NCBI GenBank assembly: GCA_963833125.1
Contig: CAWHWX010000019.1
Location: 1-64,000, forward strand
Direction: 5' to 3'
DNA length: 64,000 nucleotides
Source: Candidatus Bathyarchaeota archaeon
GTDB lineage: Archaea; Thermoproteota; Bathyarchaeia; 40CM-2-53-6
Within the stretch, counting starts at the first letter, position 1. Every line of letters begins with the position of its first letter. Positions 51,710-63,503 of this stretch are shown piece after piece. A program made the position numbers and the translations under genes. Below the pieces are notes generated by a model that was not told where the DNA came from, made no database searches, and saw nothing but the letters and a program-made list of their open reading frames with translations.

Positions 51710-53308
51710 ATGGCCCAAAAAGTATTCCTGCGGGACGCTACTGGCCTTGTCCGAGAGTTCGGTTTCCTTGACACCGTTTGGATTAACCTAGCCCTCGTCG
51801 GCGTCTTCTTCTCGTTAGTTTATGTTGCATCAACCGCCCCATTGATCGGAGGCGACCCCCTTAGCGGCGGGTTGATCGCGCTCGTGGGAATGTTCTTCGT
51901 AGGCCTAGCATTCTCAATCGTCTCCATTCTCACACCACGTACAGCTGGTGACTACGTTTTCACAAGCCGATATTTCCACCCAGCTATCGGTTTCGTGGGG
52001 AATGCCGGGTATTTCGTCGCAACCGTTCCCCTCTTTATGGGAATCACGATTACGACGTTGGAGTCATTTGGATTAAGTGCATTGTTCGCTTATCTTGGAT
52101 TCGCCACGAATAACCCAGGATACCTGAGTCTTGCAACCACTCTAGGGCAACCATTTTACACTCTTGTCGTTGGCGGCGGGCTAACCGTCCTCGCTGGGCT
52201 TCTGCCCTTATTCGGATACCGCTTTTTCAAAGTTCTAGGAAAAATCATCGTACCGCTAATTCTCATCGCAGTCGCCGTAATGTTCATCGTGCTCGGTACG
52301 ACTCCGCAGGCAGTTGCGTTGAGTCGGCTCAACACATTTTCGGGAAACGCTACGCTAGTCCAGTCGGTTAACAGTTGGGGGGCCTCAAATAATAGTCCCG
52401 CGCCTGCCGCAAGCTGGGGCAATACACTGGCGCTTAACGCCGTGTACGTAGTCGGGTTTTCTTACATTATCTCCGCAATTTACGTTGCAGGTGAAGTTCG
52501 CCAAGTCAAGAAGACGATGCCTCTCGCAATAATTACAACTCTGATCATAACTTTCATCATCTTTGCTGGCGCCACCATTCTTAGCTATCAAGCATTCGGC
52601 TACAATTTTCTATCCAACCTTTACGACCTCTCGATAAACTTTGTAGCCCCACCGTTCCCAGTCATTCCTTACCTTGATTTCCTGGCAGCCGCTATTAGCA
52701 ACAATATTTGGCTCGGAAGTTTCATAATTATTGTAGCAACCATCCAGCTCTGGTGGTATCAAGTAAACGCTGTCTTCATCGGTGGCAGGCTCTTCCTCTC
52801 ATATTCTATGGACCGCATCTTGCCTGCAGAATTTGGTGAAGTGAGTTCTAGGTTCCACGCCCCAATCAAACCAATGATCGCGTCGTTAATCATCGGCTTA
52901 TTTGCGGGAGTTCTCTTCGTTCTACCCACGACAGCTGGTATCGCATTTCTCATGTCCGGAGCAGCCGTAGCGATCATACTTCTCTTCCCGATACTTGTCG
53001 TCGGGCTTGCTCTTCTTGTCTACAGGTTTAGGAGAGCTGCCGATTACAAAGCCTCTCCGATTGCAAAATCTTACCTCGGCGGCCCAGTGTATCTGTTAAC
53101 TGCGGTAGTTGTGGTCATTTACTCAATCTACACATTCTACCAGTACATCAGTGTCCCAGCTATCTTCGGGTTTGCAGGTAACCTTGGCTTAGAAGTCATA
53201 TTCGTCCCGATCATCTTACTTTTCGTAATCTACTACGCCTCGTACTTCATCAACAAGAGTAGAGGAGTCGATTTCGCGAACATCTTCCGCCAAATACCAC
53301 CGGAATAA
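51710..53308 (+). CDS. APC-family amino acid/polyamine permease
   Basis: FLRDATGLVRE, PRTAGDY, AGEV, C-terminal QIPPE; about 12 TM. Confidence 0.9.
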   Translation: MAQKVFLRDATGLVREFGFLDTVWINLALVGVFFSLVYVASTAPLIGGDPLSGGLIALVGMFFVGLAFSIVSILTPRTAGDYVFTSRYFHPAIGFVGNAGYFVATVPLFMGITITTLESFGLSALFAYLGFATNNPGYLSLATTLGQPFYTLVVGGGLTVLAGLLPLFGYRFFKVLGKIIVPLILIAVAVMFIVLGTTPQAVALSRLNTFSGNATLVQSVNSWGASNNSPAPAASWGNTLALNAVYVVGFSYIISAIYVAGEVRQVKKTMPLAIITTLIITFIIFAGATILSYQAFGYNFLSNLYDLSINFVAPPFPVIPYLDFLAAAISNNIWLGSFIIIVATIQLWWYQVNAVFIGGRLFLSYSMDRILPAEFGEVSSRFHAPIKPMIASLIIGLFAGVLFVLPTTAGIAFLMSGAAVAIILLFPILVVGLALLVYRFRRAADYKASPIAKSYLGGPVYLLTAVVVVIYSIYTFYQYISVPAIFGFAGNLGLEVIFVPIILLFVIYYASYFINKSRGVDFANIFRQIPPE

Positions 53309-53398
53309 ACCCCTCTAACCATTCAATCCCGCCAACCACATCGTCAGGCCGGCGTACGACCTAGCCTGTCAATTCGATCTTCTTCAACCGGTTTGAAG

Positions 53399-54232
53399 TC
53401 ATACGGAAACGGTTGATCGCTTCTCAGCGAGAGCTGAATAGAGCCTTGGGGCCCTATCTCGGAAGTAGGGTAGCTTAGTTCTCCTAAGATTCTTGAGGCT
53501 GGGAAGATCCAGCTCTGCCTGGACCAGACCCTCTGATTCACTCATCCTTGCAAGAGGCTGACAGGTCGGAGAGACGATCTGGCTCTGGCCGAAGAACACG
53601 AGCTTGCCCTCGCGTCCTACCCGGTTGGAATGGCAAGCAAAAACGGAGTTTTCTCCAGCGCGACTTCTAACATATGTGTCAACCATCACTTGCATGGGCT
53701 TCATCTGCGCGGAAGAATAGAAGAGGATATCCGCGCCCCCCAGCGCCATTATCCGTGCCGGCTCAGGAAACTCTAGGTCATAGCAAATTCCAAGACCTAT
53801 CCTACCAAACCTCGTCCGGAAGACCGGGAACGAATTTCCGGGCGTGAAGTACTTTTGCTCGTTGGCCCACAAGTGGACTTTTCTATAAACGCCGGCAACA
53901 TCGCCTTGCGGGTCGATAAGGACTGAGGAGTCGTAAATCCTATCGCTCATTGAGTCGAGTTCGTCAATTCCGCAGATTAAGTAGAAGCCATGCTCGCTCG
54001 CCATGCGCCCGAGCGCATCGGACGACGGTCCCGGGATCGTCTCCGCAAGTTTTCGCCACGAGCGGTTCAGTGCGTAACCTGTGGTGGCAAGCTCCGGAAA
54101 GCAAACCAGATCCGCTTCGCGCCGCCGGCGCGGTTTGCGAGAGATTTGATTTTGTTGAGATTGCGTTTGACGTTGCCTAACGTACAATTCATTTGCGCCA
54201 CGGCGACGGTAGGGTTCATGAAATTTGCCCAC
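53399..54232 (-). CDS. Carbon-nitrogen hydrolase (nitrilase superfamily)
   Basis: FPEL, YRKVHL, GICYD triad; N-terminus has compensating indels. Confidence 0.9.
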   Translation of the reverse strand: MGKFHEPYRRRGANELYVRQRQTQSQQNQISRKPRRRREADLVCFPELATTGYALNRSWRKLAETIPGPSSDALGRMASEHGFYLICGIDELDSMSDRIYDSSVLIDPQGDVAGVYRKVHLWANEQKYFTPGNSFPVFRTRFGRIGLGICYDLEFPEPARIMALGGADILFYSSAQMKPMQVMVDTYVRSRAGENSVFACHSNRVGREGKLVFFGQSQIVSPTCQPLARMSESEGLVQAELDLPSLKNLRRTKLPYFRDRAPRLYSALAEKRSTVSV

Positions 54233-54255
54233 GTGGATGATGATTTATTGGGGAA

Positions 54256-55196
54256 TTATTGTTTAGCTTTCGCGACGACGGATGAAAGTTCGTACAACAG
54301 GTTGGAGCCCAAGAGTGCAGTTACCTCAGCGTTGTCGTAAGGAGGAGAGATTTCTACCACATCAAATCCAATCAGGTTGATGCCGACAAGGCCCCGGACC
54401 AAGTCGAGGATCTCTCGGCTTGTGAAGCCACCAACTTCGGGTGTGCCGGTACCTGGGGCGAACGCTGGATCCACACCGTCTATGTCCAACGAAACATAGG
54501 AAACGCCACGTGCTAGTGCTTTGGTTCGCTTCAGGGTCTCTTCAACGCCGAGCCGGGTAAACTCCTTCATCGTTATGACCGAGAATCCCATCTTGCTCAA
54601 GTCAGTCAAATCTGAACTCTCATACACTGAGCCTCTTAATCCGATGTGGGCTGATCGTGCCGGATCGATCAGCTTCTCCTCTAACGCTCGCTTGAATGTC
54701 GTTCCGTGATTGTATTTTCGCCCAAAGTAACTGTCCCAGCAATCAGAGTGTGCGTCAAAGTGAATCAGCGACAGCCCTGGGCCGTGGACTTTGGCAGCTG
54801 CACGAAGGATTGCGGAGTGTTATCGAATGGTCGCCGCCGCAGACAGCTGGAATAACTCCTCCTGCGAAGAGCGTTCCTGTGGTATGTTCAATTTTCTCGA
54901 ATGTATCTTCGATATAGCCCGGTACGACGTTCACGTCTCCGAAATCTACCATGCCGAGAACCTGAAACGGCTTGATGTCCAAAACCGGATTGTAGGGACG
55001 CAACAACCGGGACGCCTCCCGCACGGCTCTTGGACCAAACCGGACCAGGTCGAAAAGTTGTCCCATCGTCGAAGGGTATTCCAAGGAAGGCTGCTTTCAC
55101 TCCATCCAGCAACTGTGTTGTTGGAAGGCGTGCGAAGGTAGTTACCTGAGAGAACCTCGGCGACTTAAGGGAGTCAATCTGTTCGCCCGGTTTCAA
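54256..55196 (-). CDS. speB: Agmatinase/ureohydrolase (frameshifted)
   Basis: GIPFD, GGDHSI, DAHSD, SLDIDGVDPAFAPGTGTP. Confidence 0.9.
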
Positions 55197-55446
55197 GGCA
55201 ATCGCCCTGCCCGGTTAAGCGGGAATTGCGCTTATGATTTTCGGTCCGATCAAACCCATCATGTAGAGGGTTTACGGGTCGTTCAATAGAAATCGGGGGC
55301 CTGATTCACAACGAGGGGAGAGTTTTGCTTATTCGAGTGACGGGGAGGTTCTAAGCGTTGACCAATGGACGTATCATCCATCTTCCTTTTATGCCAGTAA
55401 TCTCCGAGCGCCTTCTACGAATGGAGCGACTTCGTCAAGTAAGGAA

Positions 55447-56250
55447 TTGCGGTTGAACAATCGATCGAGGATACTCTTAGGCCTACTATTGGTTACAGTG
55501 TGCTTCATGGCGTTGAGTACGCTGGTCCAGTTTGGTAGGGCCCAAACTATCACTACCACTACTACAACTGAGACAGATACCAGTGTCGAAACGAGCATAG
55601 TCACGATTCCGGTAACAACAATCATACCTGTGACTTCGACGACCGTTGAAACCCAGACAGCGGAGAGCACAGCTACTACCGTCGAGACGACGGTTGTGAC
55701 GACTCTTGTGACCAACACGGCGGGCACCGTGACAGCGACGGTAACGAACACAGCAACTGACACGACAACCGTTCCCTCGACTACGACAATAACGAGTATT
55801 GTACTCGCAGTCGACGGGACTCAAACTGCAACCACCACCGTAACGTATCCGGTCTATCAGACCTACACGACGTATTACACGAGCCACTATCACAACGATT
55901 ATTCTAACTACTATTCTAACAATTGTTATACGAGCTATTACGCTTACAACTGTTATTCAAACTACTACAACCCTCCATACAATCCTCCCTATCAAAATCC
56001 GCCTTATCAGCCCCCTTACGCCGTTACAGTTCAAGTTACCCAAACAAACTATGTAGCGCAACCTCTTCAGACGTGGCAAACGCAGTTCTTGACTCAGACC
56101 CAGTATGTGACAGGGTATGTCACTTCGACCGTGAACCAGTTAGAAACACAACCGGTCACTGATCCGATCGCGGTTGTAGGCCTCATAGCTGTCGGCGTAG
56201 TGGCTGCGCTTGTAGCGGTTCTGGCCAGCCGGGTATTCAAGAGACCCTAG
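55447..56250 (+). CDS. Membrane-anchored Thr-rich protein with a Tyr/Asn/Pro-rich segment
   Basis: Signal peptide, Thr repeats, YNPPYNPPYQNPPYQPPY, C-terminal TM. Confidence 0.75.
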   Translation: MRLNNRSRILLGLLLVTVCFMALSTLVQFGRAQTITTTTTTETDTSVETSIVTIPVTTIIPVTSTTVETQTAESTATTVETTVVTTLVTNTAGTVTATVTNTATDTTTVPSTTTITSIVLAVDGTQTATTTVTYPVYQTYTTYYTSHYHNDYSNYYSNNCYTSYYAYNCYSNYYNPPYNPPYQNPPYQPPYAVTVQVTQTNYVAQPLQTWQTQFLTQTQYVTGYVTSTVNQLETQPVTDPIAVVGLIAVGVVAALVAVLASRVFKRP

Positions 56251-56318
56251 CCAGTTACACGTACAATTTGTTCCTGGCCGTCTAGAAGACTACGTGGCTC
56301 ATTTGATTTCTTGAGAAA

Positions 56319-56960
56319 TCAATAGGCGCGCGGGACCTGATAATAGCCAGTTGGCCTTCGTGAATATACGATAAGTCCAACTGTGACAATAATGACCGTC
56401 GCCAGTATGGCAGCGATTGCAACATAGGCGAAGATGAAGCCACGCCGGCCGTATGTTCCCTGTGTTCCGGGGGCGAATTGATCGGACGGTGGTTGGGTGA
56501 GTGTTGTCGTAATCACTTCTACTGTTCCGCTGTTTACTTGGAAGGCTTCGCCAGCGGTGGTTAGCTGGTTGTTGGCTTGGTTGCTGAAGATTGTTACGGC
56601 GATTTGTACCCAATGACCTTGGATTGAAGCTGGTAAGTTGAAACCTAATTGTCCTGTGAACGTGTATCCTCCATTGACGGATGTGAGGATCGTATTCACT
56701 GAATCGGCGGCAGTATTCGTGTTCAGGTCATAGGCGTTAGCGCTGGCGTAGAGTTGGTTGCCGTAGGGAGTTGAGCAGGTTGCAGAGAGGGGCACGATAA
56801 CGGTTACGATTGTGTTAGCGTAAACCGAAGGTATGATCGGATATCCCAGCTGCGCCGAACATGTATCGGCGTAAACAAAACTGGATCCGACCATTGCAAC
56901 TGCTAACGAGAGCGTTAGAAACGTTAGCAAATATCCACGCATATTCACAGAGATCCGCAC
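56319..56960 (-). CDS. Secreted beta-rich protein with C-terminal TM anchor
   Basis: Signal peptide, Cys pair, C-terminal TM plus RR. Confidence 0.7.
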   Translation of the reverse strand: MRISVNMRGYLLTFLTLSLAVAMVGSSFVYADTCSAQLGYPIIPSVYANTIVTVIVPLSATCSTPYGNQLYASANAYDLNTNTAADSVNTILTSVNGGYTFTGQLGFNLPASIQGHWVQIAVTIFSNQANNQLTTAGEAFQVNSGTVEVITTTLTQPPSDQFAPGTQGTYGRRGFIFAYVAIAAILATVIIVTVGLIVYSRRPTGYYQVPRAY

Positions 56961-57174
56961 GCAATACCTTAGCGGACATATTCGGCGTAGGGCCCGTTAT
57001 TAACAGATTGAATGATTCGTCTATTTAAGAAGACCAAACTACGCGTCGTACACTTGGAGTTTTCACACGTTCACCCATGGTGTACGGAGAATTCTACTTC
57101 CCAGTCGAAGTTTCTACCGGGTGTAAATAGACTTAACAACCCTTCTCGGAAACGAGACGGTAGGCGATTAAATA

Positions 57175-57936
57175 TTGAGTGAAAACGATCAGCCGAACGA
57201 GTCCAATCCAAAACAATCCAAGCAACCCAACCAACAAAATCAACCTGGGCAAACAACTAAGGGAGGACGTAGTTCCGCCGGGACTGCAGGCATCATCGGT
57301 CTAGTGTTAGTTGCAATCCTGGCCTTAGGATTTGCAGGATACACAGCGATGAACCCGCACGTAAACACTGTAACCCAACAGCAATTCCTTACGAACACCC
57401 AGAGCGTTTACAGCACCCAAATCCAAACCGTAACCAGCGTAATGCAAGTCACCCAAGCAGTTACGGTCACAAACGCTGCGACTTCCCCAAACGGTCAAGG
57501 GGTAAGTTCAGGGTACTACCAGTACTGCTCGTCGTATGGATGCATGTACTCTCCAGGGCCAGGCTACAACACCTATAACCCGAATAATCCGCCTAACCCG
57601 TGGTACCCGGGCTACTACAACGGCGCGTACTACGGTTACTGGAATGGCAACTTCGTTCCACCATGCCAGGCTGGTGGTTCCAATAATACGGTCACGTGCT
57701 CTGGATATCTATTCCAAGCACAGAACGGATGCACGGTGCTAGTGATCCCCGTAGCCAACGCCTACTACGCGGAAAGTTACACCTACCAGTACTATACTCT
57801 GCACAATCTGCCATCAAGTGCTCCAAGCAACGGGTCATGGATCAGCGTGACCGGCCAGCTATACCAAGGCTCCAACACGAGTTCCAGCGGCGCCTCATGT
57901 CCGGGTAATTACATCAACGTCAGCTCAATTTCCTAG
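57175..57936 (+). CDS. Membrane-anchored protein with Thr-rich, Tyr/Gly/Asn-rich and Cys-containing domains
   Basis: N-terminal TM, low-complexity middle, several Cys. Confidence 0.7.
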   Translation: MSENDQPNESNPKQSKQPNQQNQPGQTTKGGRSSAGTAGIIGLVLVAILALGFAGYTAMNPHVNTVTQQQFLTNTQSVYSTQIQTVTSVMQVTQAVTVTNAATSPNGQGVSSGYYQYCSSYGCMYSPGPGYNTYNPNNPPNPWYPGYYNGAYYGYWNGNFVPPCQAGGSNNTVTCSGYLFQAQNGCTVLVIPVANAYYAESYTYQYYTLHNLPSSAPSNGSWISVTGQLYQGSNTSSSGASCPGNYINVSSIS

Positions 57937-58022
57937 ACAAAACGCGAAAGTCCCAACCTGTTCTCAGGGGTTGTAAGACCCTTGAACAGTTCTTTTTCCT
58001 TCTTCCATGAGAATGGGTTCAT

Positions 58023-58805
58023 CTAAAGTAGCCTGACTAAGAACCACGCAGCTATGATTAGTCCCACGGCAATTATGAACACCTGAAGGTAGCTCTGCTC
58101 GATGTGCTTAGCTGAACGCGCACCCACAAAGCCGCCAATTATCGCACCGGCAGCCATGAGGAGGGCGAGCGGCCAAACAACCAACCCCTTCAACGCAAAG
58201 AAGACGAATGCTGTTACATTAGTAATGGCCGCAAGAGTTGTCTTCATTGCGTTCATCACATGAACGTCGCGCAGCCCCATCACGCTAAGTGAACCTAACA
58301 TCAGTATTCCGATTCCGGCCCCGAAATACCCGCCGTAAACTGCTACGAAAAATTGGAAGAAGAATCCCCAAACTCTGCCCGACCTTGTAACGGTATCCTC
58401 AGTGGTCTTCATTGCTAATTTTCGTGAAATGAAATTGCGGGCGGCGAACAGAAATGTGGCGAATAAAATGAGGAATGGAACGACCAGTTTGAAAAGACTT
58501 TCAGGCGTGACCACTAAGACTACTGCACCCAGGAGACCGCCGATGAAGCTGGGGACGATCAAAAGAGTGAGCAGAGTTCGGTTTACGTGTGTAAACTTTC
58601 TATAACCTATCGCACTGCTCAGCGAGCCCGGCCAGAGGGCAGCAGTACTCGTGGCATTGGAGATAATCTCAGGTTCCCCGAACGCGACGAGAGAAGGAAA
58701 TGAGATTAAAGTGCCTCCGCCAGCCACAGAGTTAATCGCTCCAGCTACCAGCGCCGAAAGAAACAGGCCGGCTAACCCGAATATGTCGATCATAGAGTGA
58801 CCCAC
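58023..58805 (-). CDS. TauE/SafE sulfite-exporter family protein
   Basis: NSVAGGGTLISFP, YGGYFGAGIG. Confidence 0.9.
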   Translation of the reverse strand: MGHSMIDIFGLAGLFLSALVAGAINSVAGGGTLISFPSLVAFGEPEIISNATSTAALWPGSLSSAIGYRKFTHVNRTLLTLLIVPSFIGGLLGAVVLVVTPESLFKLVVPFLILFATFLFAARNFISRKLAMKTTEDTVTRSGRVWGFFFQFFVAVYGGYFGAGIGILMLGSLSVMGLRDVHVMNAMKTTLAAITNVTAFVFFALKGLVVWPLALLMAAGAIIGGFVGARSAKHIEQSYLQVFIIAVGLIIAAWFLVRLL

Positions 58806-58916
58806 TCAAGAATGCAAATAAGTTTGACAGGTGGGTATCTGTCCTAGAACTTACCTTTCTTATCATGACTAGCATGCCGAGAAACTAATTTAGACCAGTA
58901 TCACTGAAGCGCTCAC

Positions 58917-59738
58917 GTGCGAGCGAATAATAGGACTGGATGTGTGACTTTCGATCTTTGGGAGACGCTAATTTTCGATGAACCGGACCGAGACGAGGCC
59001 CGAGGACGAGAGAGATACGAAGGTCTTCAACGTGAACTCGCGAATCGCGGAATTGATTTACCTATGGAGGGATTCAAGCGAGGGTACGACGAGAGTGCAA
59101 CTAAACTGCAAGATGTCTGGATACGAAACGAAGAGGTACCGATTCCAGACCAGATCCGCATGATAATCGAATTAGCCGCAGGACAGCCAGTTAATGTGAA
59201 TTCTGAATGGATGCCGCTTCTCGAGAAAGCGTATGTTGACCCAATTCTTGTGACTCCGCCAAAATTGAACGCTGAGGCACCAAGCGTTCTCGGTGAGCTG
59301 CGAAGCCGAGGTTACAAGATTGGGCTTATCAGCAATACGGGTCGAAGCCCAGGAGAAGCACTCCGCAAACTACTGCAAACTTATGGCGTCCTGAAATTCT
59401 TCGATGCTACTGTTTTCTCGAATGAGTTAAACTGGCGCAAGCCGGACCAAAGGATCTTCAATGAAGCCGCTAGGTTGCTAGGTACGTACCTGGGAAACAT
59501 CGTTCATGTTGGGGACGATCCCACAACTGACGTTGCAGGAGCTAAGCATGCGGGAATGCATGCAATTCTCTTAGACCAAGATACAGAGGATGTTTCGATG
59601 TGGAAGCCTGACTCATTATTCGCCTTAGCGAGGAAGGCTAGACGGTATGGCGATTCAAATGTGAAACCCGATTTTCGCATCAAGTCGTTAACTGAGTCGG
59701 TTGGCTTCATCGACTCATTGTTTATGAGAACAGGATAG
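58917..59738 (+). CDS. HAD-superfamily hydrolase
   Basis: FDLWETL, ISNT, KPD, HVGDD...D. Confidence 0.88.
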   Translation: MRANNRTGCVTFDLWETLIFDEPDRDEARGRERYEGLQRELANRGIDLPMEGFKRGYDESATKLQDVWIRNEEVPIPDQIRMIIELAAGQPVNVNSEWMPLLEKAYVDPILVTPPKLNAEAPSVLGELRSRGYKIGLISNTGRSPGEALRKLLQTYGVLKFFDATVFSNELNWRKPDQRIFNEAARLLGTYLGNIVHVGDDPTTDVAGAKHAGMHAILLDQDTEDVSMWKPDSLFALARKARRYGDSNVKPDFRIKSLTESVGFIDSLFMRTG

Positions 59739-59751
59739 ATTTTCGATACTA

Positions 59752-60802
59752 TCAGTTGGAAAGAGTTTCGGGAGGTGAGGGGACTGCCGGGTAATTCGGC
59801 GGCCAAGTATGCGCGTTTCCAGCATCAAGTTCTTTGAGTGCTCCCTCAATTTCATTCCTCCTCGGCTCCAACCATGGCGCAAGCCGGGGATTCGTCGGCG
59901 CTATATCCGGGACCCTTGGTTGCGATTTCAAGAAGATTTCCATCCGGATCACGGAAGTATAGGGATTTGAACTAGAAGCGGTCAATTACGCTGGAGTTAT
60001 GAACGTTCAACGTATTCATTCGTCGAAGTATTCTCTGCTGGGCTGCCTCGTCCTCCACACACATCGCTATGTGATGTACACTGCCGATTCCCACCCCACC
60101 CAGCGGGGCCTTGGGGATGCGAGGTAGCGAAGAAAAATCAGGTCGATTCTCGTTATCAACGCCGATTATGGCTGTATCCTTCTGGTCTGGGTTAGGACGT
60201 TCGAAGGAACTCTGCAGGCCTAGCAATCGGTCGAGGATCCGAACTGTTCCCTCCGAGTTTAATGTTACGGGACTGACGTGATCAAATGAGATCAGCTTCA
60301 TGTCAGATCCGATATCTCGCCAGCAATTGGGGCTTCCCGGTTTAGTTCATGCATGTAGTCGGGAGTGACGTGTTCATCATTTGGTTTCTAATTTCAACCA
60401 TAACTCCATCCGGATCCTTCAGATAGAGGGAGATGCGCCTATCTCAATGAACGGGCCGGTAACAGACAACCTTGTGAAAGTAGTCACCAGGCCCTCCATT
60501 TCGGCAGCACCTCCAATGTCGCAACGGCGTAGGAGAGGTGATGTGGAGAAGTGAGGCCTGGAACGCCCTTCGGCAAGCCAGGCCATTCGAAGAATGTTAT
60601 CGCACTGCCCGTCTCAGCCCTATCGTTCGCGTAGAATAGATGCCTATGGAAAATGTCGTCTTGGTTTACAGTAAGCTTTACTCGTCGTAAGCCGAGAATC
60701 TTCGGTGTAGAACCTACGGTTGATTTCTTCGTTTGAGGTTACGAGGGTAATGTGGTGAAGACCTTGAACGACACCTTCGAGGTCAGATTGTATCGCCGTC
60801 AT
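59752..60802 (-). CDS. VOC/glyoxalase-family ring-cleaving dioxygenase-like protein (several frameshifts)
   Basis: GLHHITLVT, VKLTVNQDD, TFFEWP, GSVHHIA. Confidence 0.8.
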
Positions 60803-61008
60803 TTCAGTTGCTTATAATTTGTTTCCAGACTAGTTACGGATAGCTTTGAAGGCTTCAACGGCGAGTCGTTTTCTATAAGTCCACTGCGCTCGTCACATGA
60901 AGATTGTAGGTTCGGAAATGCCGCCGTCCATCGAACTGTCTCTGTACTATTCGCGACGGGGCCAACGTAGATTTATGTTCCCATAGCAACGTATTCCGCC
61001 GACGAGTT

Positions 61009-61500
61009 TTGTCTGCAACTTCGGAACCGGAATTTCCACCTGGACCCTTCACGATCGGTGTGGGTGGCGTCATAATCGATGGCGACAAGGTCCTTCTGGT
61101 TAAGCTAACGTACGGTCATATGGGATGGATTCTTCCGGGCGGCTACGTGAAATCGACCGAGACCATAGGCCAGGCGGTTAAGCGGGAGGTGCGAGAAGAA
61201 ACGGGGCTTGACGTTGAACCCCTCAAACTGATATCAGTTAGGAGTAGGGCGGAGGGCGGAAAGTGTGACGTTTACATGCCATTTCTTGTGAGGGTTTTGG
61301 GTGGGAAAATGAAGCCGGATAAGGCGGAGATCTCAGATCTTAGATACTTCACATTAGAAGAGATGGAAGCAAGATCAGACGTACCAAAGCTCAACACCTG
61401 GATTGTCAGACAGCGCGTTGAAGCCAAATATGTCTGGATTCTCACTTTCAAACGACAGGCCGAACCCCTCACAGCCCTACGAACTATGGCTCTAACTCAA
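61009..61500 (+). CDS. NUDIX hydrolase (3' end frameshifted, end approximate)
   Basis: LPGGYVKSTETIGQAVKREVREETGL Nudix box. Confidence 0.88.
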
Positions 61501-61516
61501 AGGAATCGTGGCTCGA

Positions 61517-62480
61517 ATGAAGAAAATAGCCGTTGTTACAACCGGTGGAGATGCGCCGGGTATGAATGCTGCCATTAGAGGCGTTGTCCGTCTCGCCTGC
61601 TCACAGAAGTATCAAGTCCTAGGTTTCAGGAGAGGCTGGGAAGGCTTGATTACAAATACGTTCATCCAATTGACGCCGCGCACCGTTAGCGGAGTTCTGC
61701 AGTTAGGTGGAACAATGCTGTATACGTCCAGATCGTTGGAATTCCAGAAAGAAGAAGGGATCACGAAGGCAGCGGAAACTCTTGCGTCGAGTAACATCGA
61801 TGGACTCGTTGTGATCGGTGGGAACGGGTCTTTCAACGGCGCCCTTGAGCTTAGCGCACACACTGATGCAATGATCGTTGGAATCCCAGCCTCAATCGAC
61901 AACGACGTCTTTGGAACAGAGGAAACCATAGGTTTTGACACGGCCGCAAACACGGCAGTCGCCGAAATCGATAAGATCCGAGATACGGCGGTTTCCCTTG
62001 AGAGAGTTTTCATGATTGAAGTGATGGGGCGAAAAAGTGGTTTTCTCGCCGTTGGAGATCGGCCTCACTGTTGGCGCTGAGATAATTTTAGTTCCAGAAG
62101 TGAAATATCAAAACGAGAAACTTTTCGAGACCGTAAGAGAAAGCGTGGCCAAAGGAAAGAAGTCAGGTTTGATAGTGGCGGCGGAAGGAATAGGAGACAC
62201 TCGTCTTCTCACGGAAGAGATTCAGCGAAACACAAAGGCAGTTGTCAGATTGAGCATTATAGGCTATGCCCAAAGAGGCGGCAGTCCCACGGCGAGGAGC
62301 AGACTCTTGGCGAGCTTGTTCGCACATAAGGCGATCCAGCTATTGTCACAGGACGAAGGTAGCAGAGTAGTCGGATTGCAAGATGGCAAGATTGGAAGTA
62401 TCGAGCTTCAGAAATCTTGTAATACGCAGAAGGTTTTGGATCTAGATCTACTTAGACTGGCTAATCTACTTGCGACATGA
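61517..62480 (+). CDS. pfkA: PfkA-family 6-phosphofructokinase, ATP-type signature (frameshift near 62050)
   Basis: TTGGDAPGMNA, IGGNGS, PASIDND, EVMGR, GYAQRGG. Confidence 0.93.
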
Positions 62481-62553
62481 AAACACTACAACGTCTGCGC
62501 GTGGGGATCATGATACGAAAGCGAAGCTATGTCAAGCATGGAGACAATGAACC

Positions 62554-63490
62554 TTGGATATGAGCGTCAAGCTGGTCCGAAGTTCCAAGAATCCCGTCAT
62601 TGAACCAAGACCCCAGATAGCATGGGAAGTCGGGGGCACCTTCAACCCCGGAGCCGCAAAAAACGGTGAGGTCATTCACATACTGTACAGGGCGGTCAAC
62701 GAACACAACATTTCATCGCTTGGCCACGCAACAACGGCAGATGGCGAAACGATCGTGGACCGATCTCCGGGACCTGTCCTCGCTCCGGTTGGCTCTTGGG
62801 AAGTACTGGGTTGTGAAGACCCGCGTATAACGGCATTCCATGGTGGGTTCTACGTTTTCTATACGGCGTACTCCCCGCGGGGTCCACGAGTCGCTCTGGC
62901 CTCGACTACTGATTTCATGAATTATGAACGCTACGGAGTAGTAGGACCGGATTACGACGACAAGGACGCCGCCCTCTTTCCTGAGCTCATTGGCGGAAAA
63001 TTCGCCGTCGTGCACAGAATAGCGCCAAACATCGAAGTGGCTTTTTTTCATAGTATAAAGCGGATGGAGAAGGTATCGCAGAACCCATACTCGAAGAACT
63101 ATCTCAAACGCATAGAAACAAACATTATCATGAAACCAAAGTGGAAATGGGAAGAACAGAAGGTTGGAATAGGCCCACCCCCGATCCGAACCAGCGTCGG
63201 ATGGGTAGTCATCTATCACGGTGTTGATTCCAATACTGTATATCGTGCAGGTGCAGCCCTCCTTGATCTTGAAAACCCGCGACGAGTGATCGCACGAATT
63301 TCCAGAACCCATCCTTGAACCGGAAGAAACCTTCGAAAAGGTCGGGGTGGTACCTAATGTTGTGTTCCCAGAAGGAGCAGTCTTGGTAAAGGATGAACTC
63401 AAGATACTCTACGGCGGAGCAGACAGAGTCTGTTGTGTCGCGAGCATGCCGATGAAATTGCTGATAGAAGCCTTAGAAAGCTGCAGTTAG
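62554..63490 (+). CDS. GH130-like glycosidase/mannoside phosphorylase (frameshift near 63305)
   Basis: FNPGA, LYRA, GCEDPR, KDAALFP, YHGV, VPNVVFP, YGGAD. Confidence 0.88.
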
Positions 63491-63503
63491 GATTAGTCAC
63501 ACC

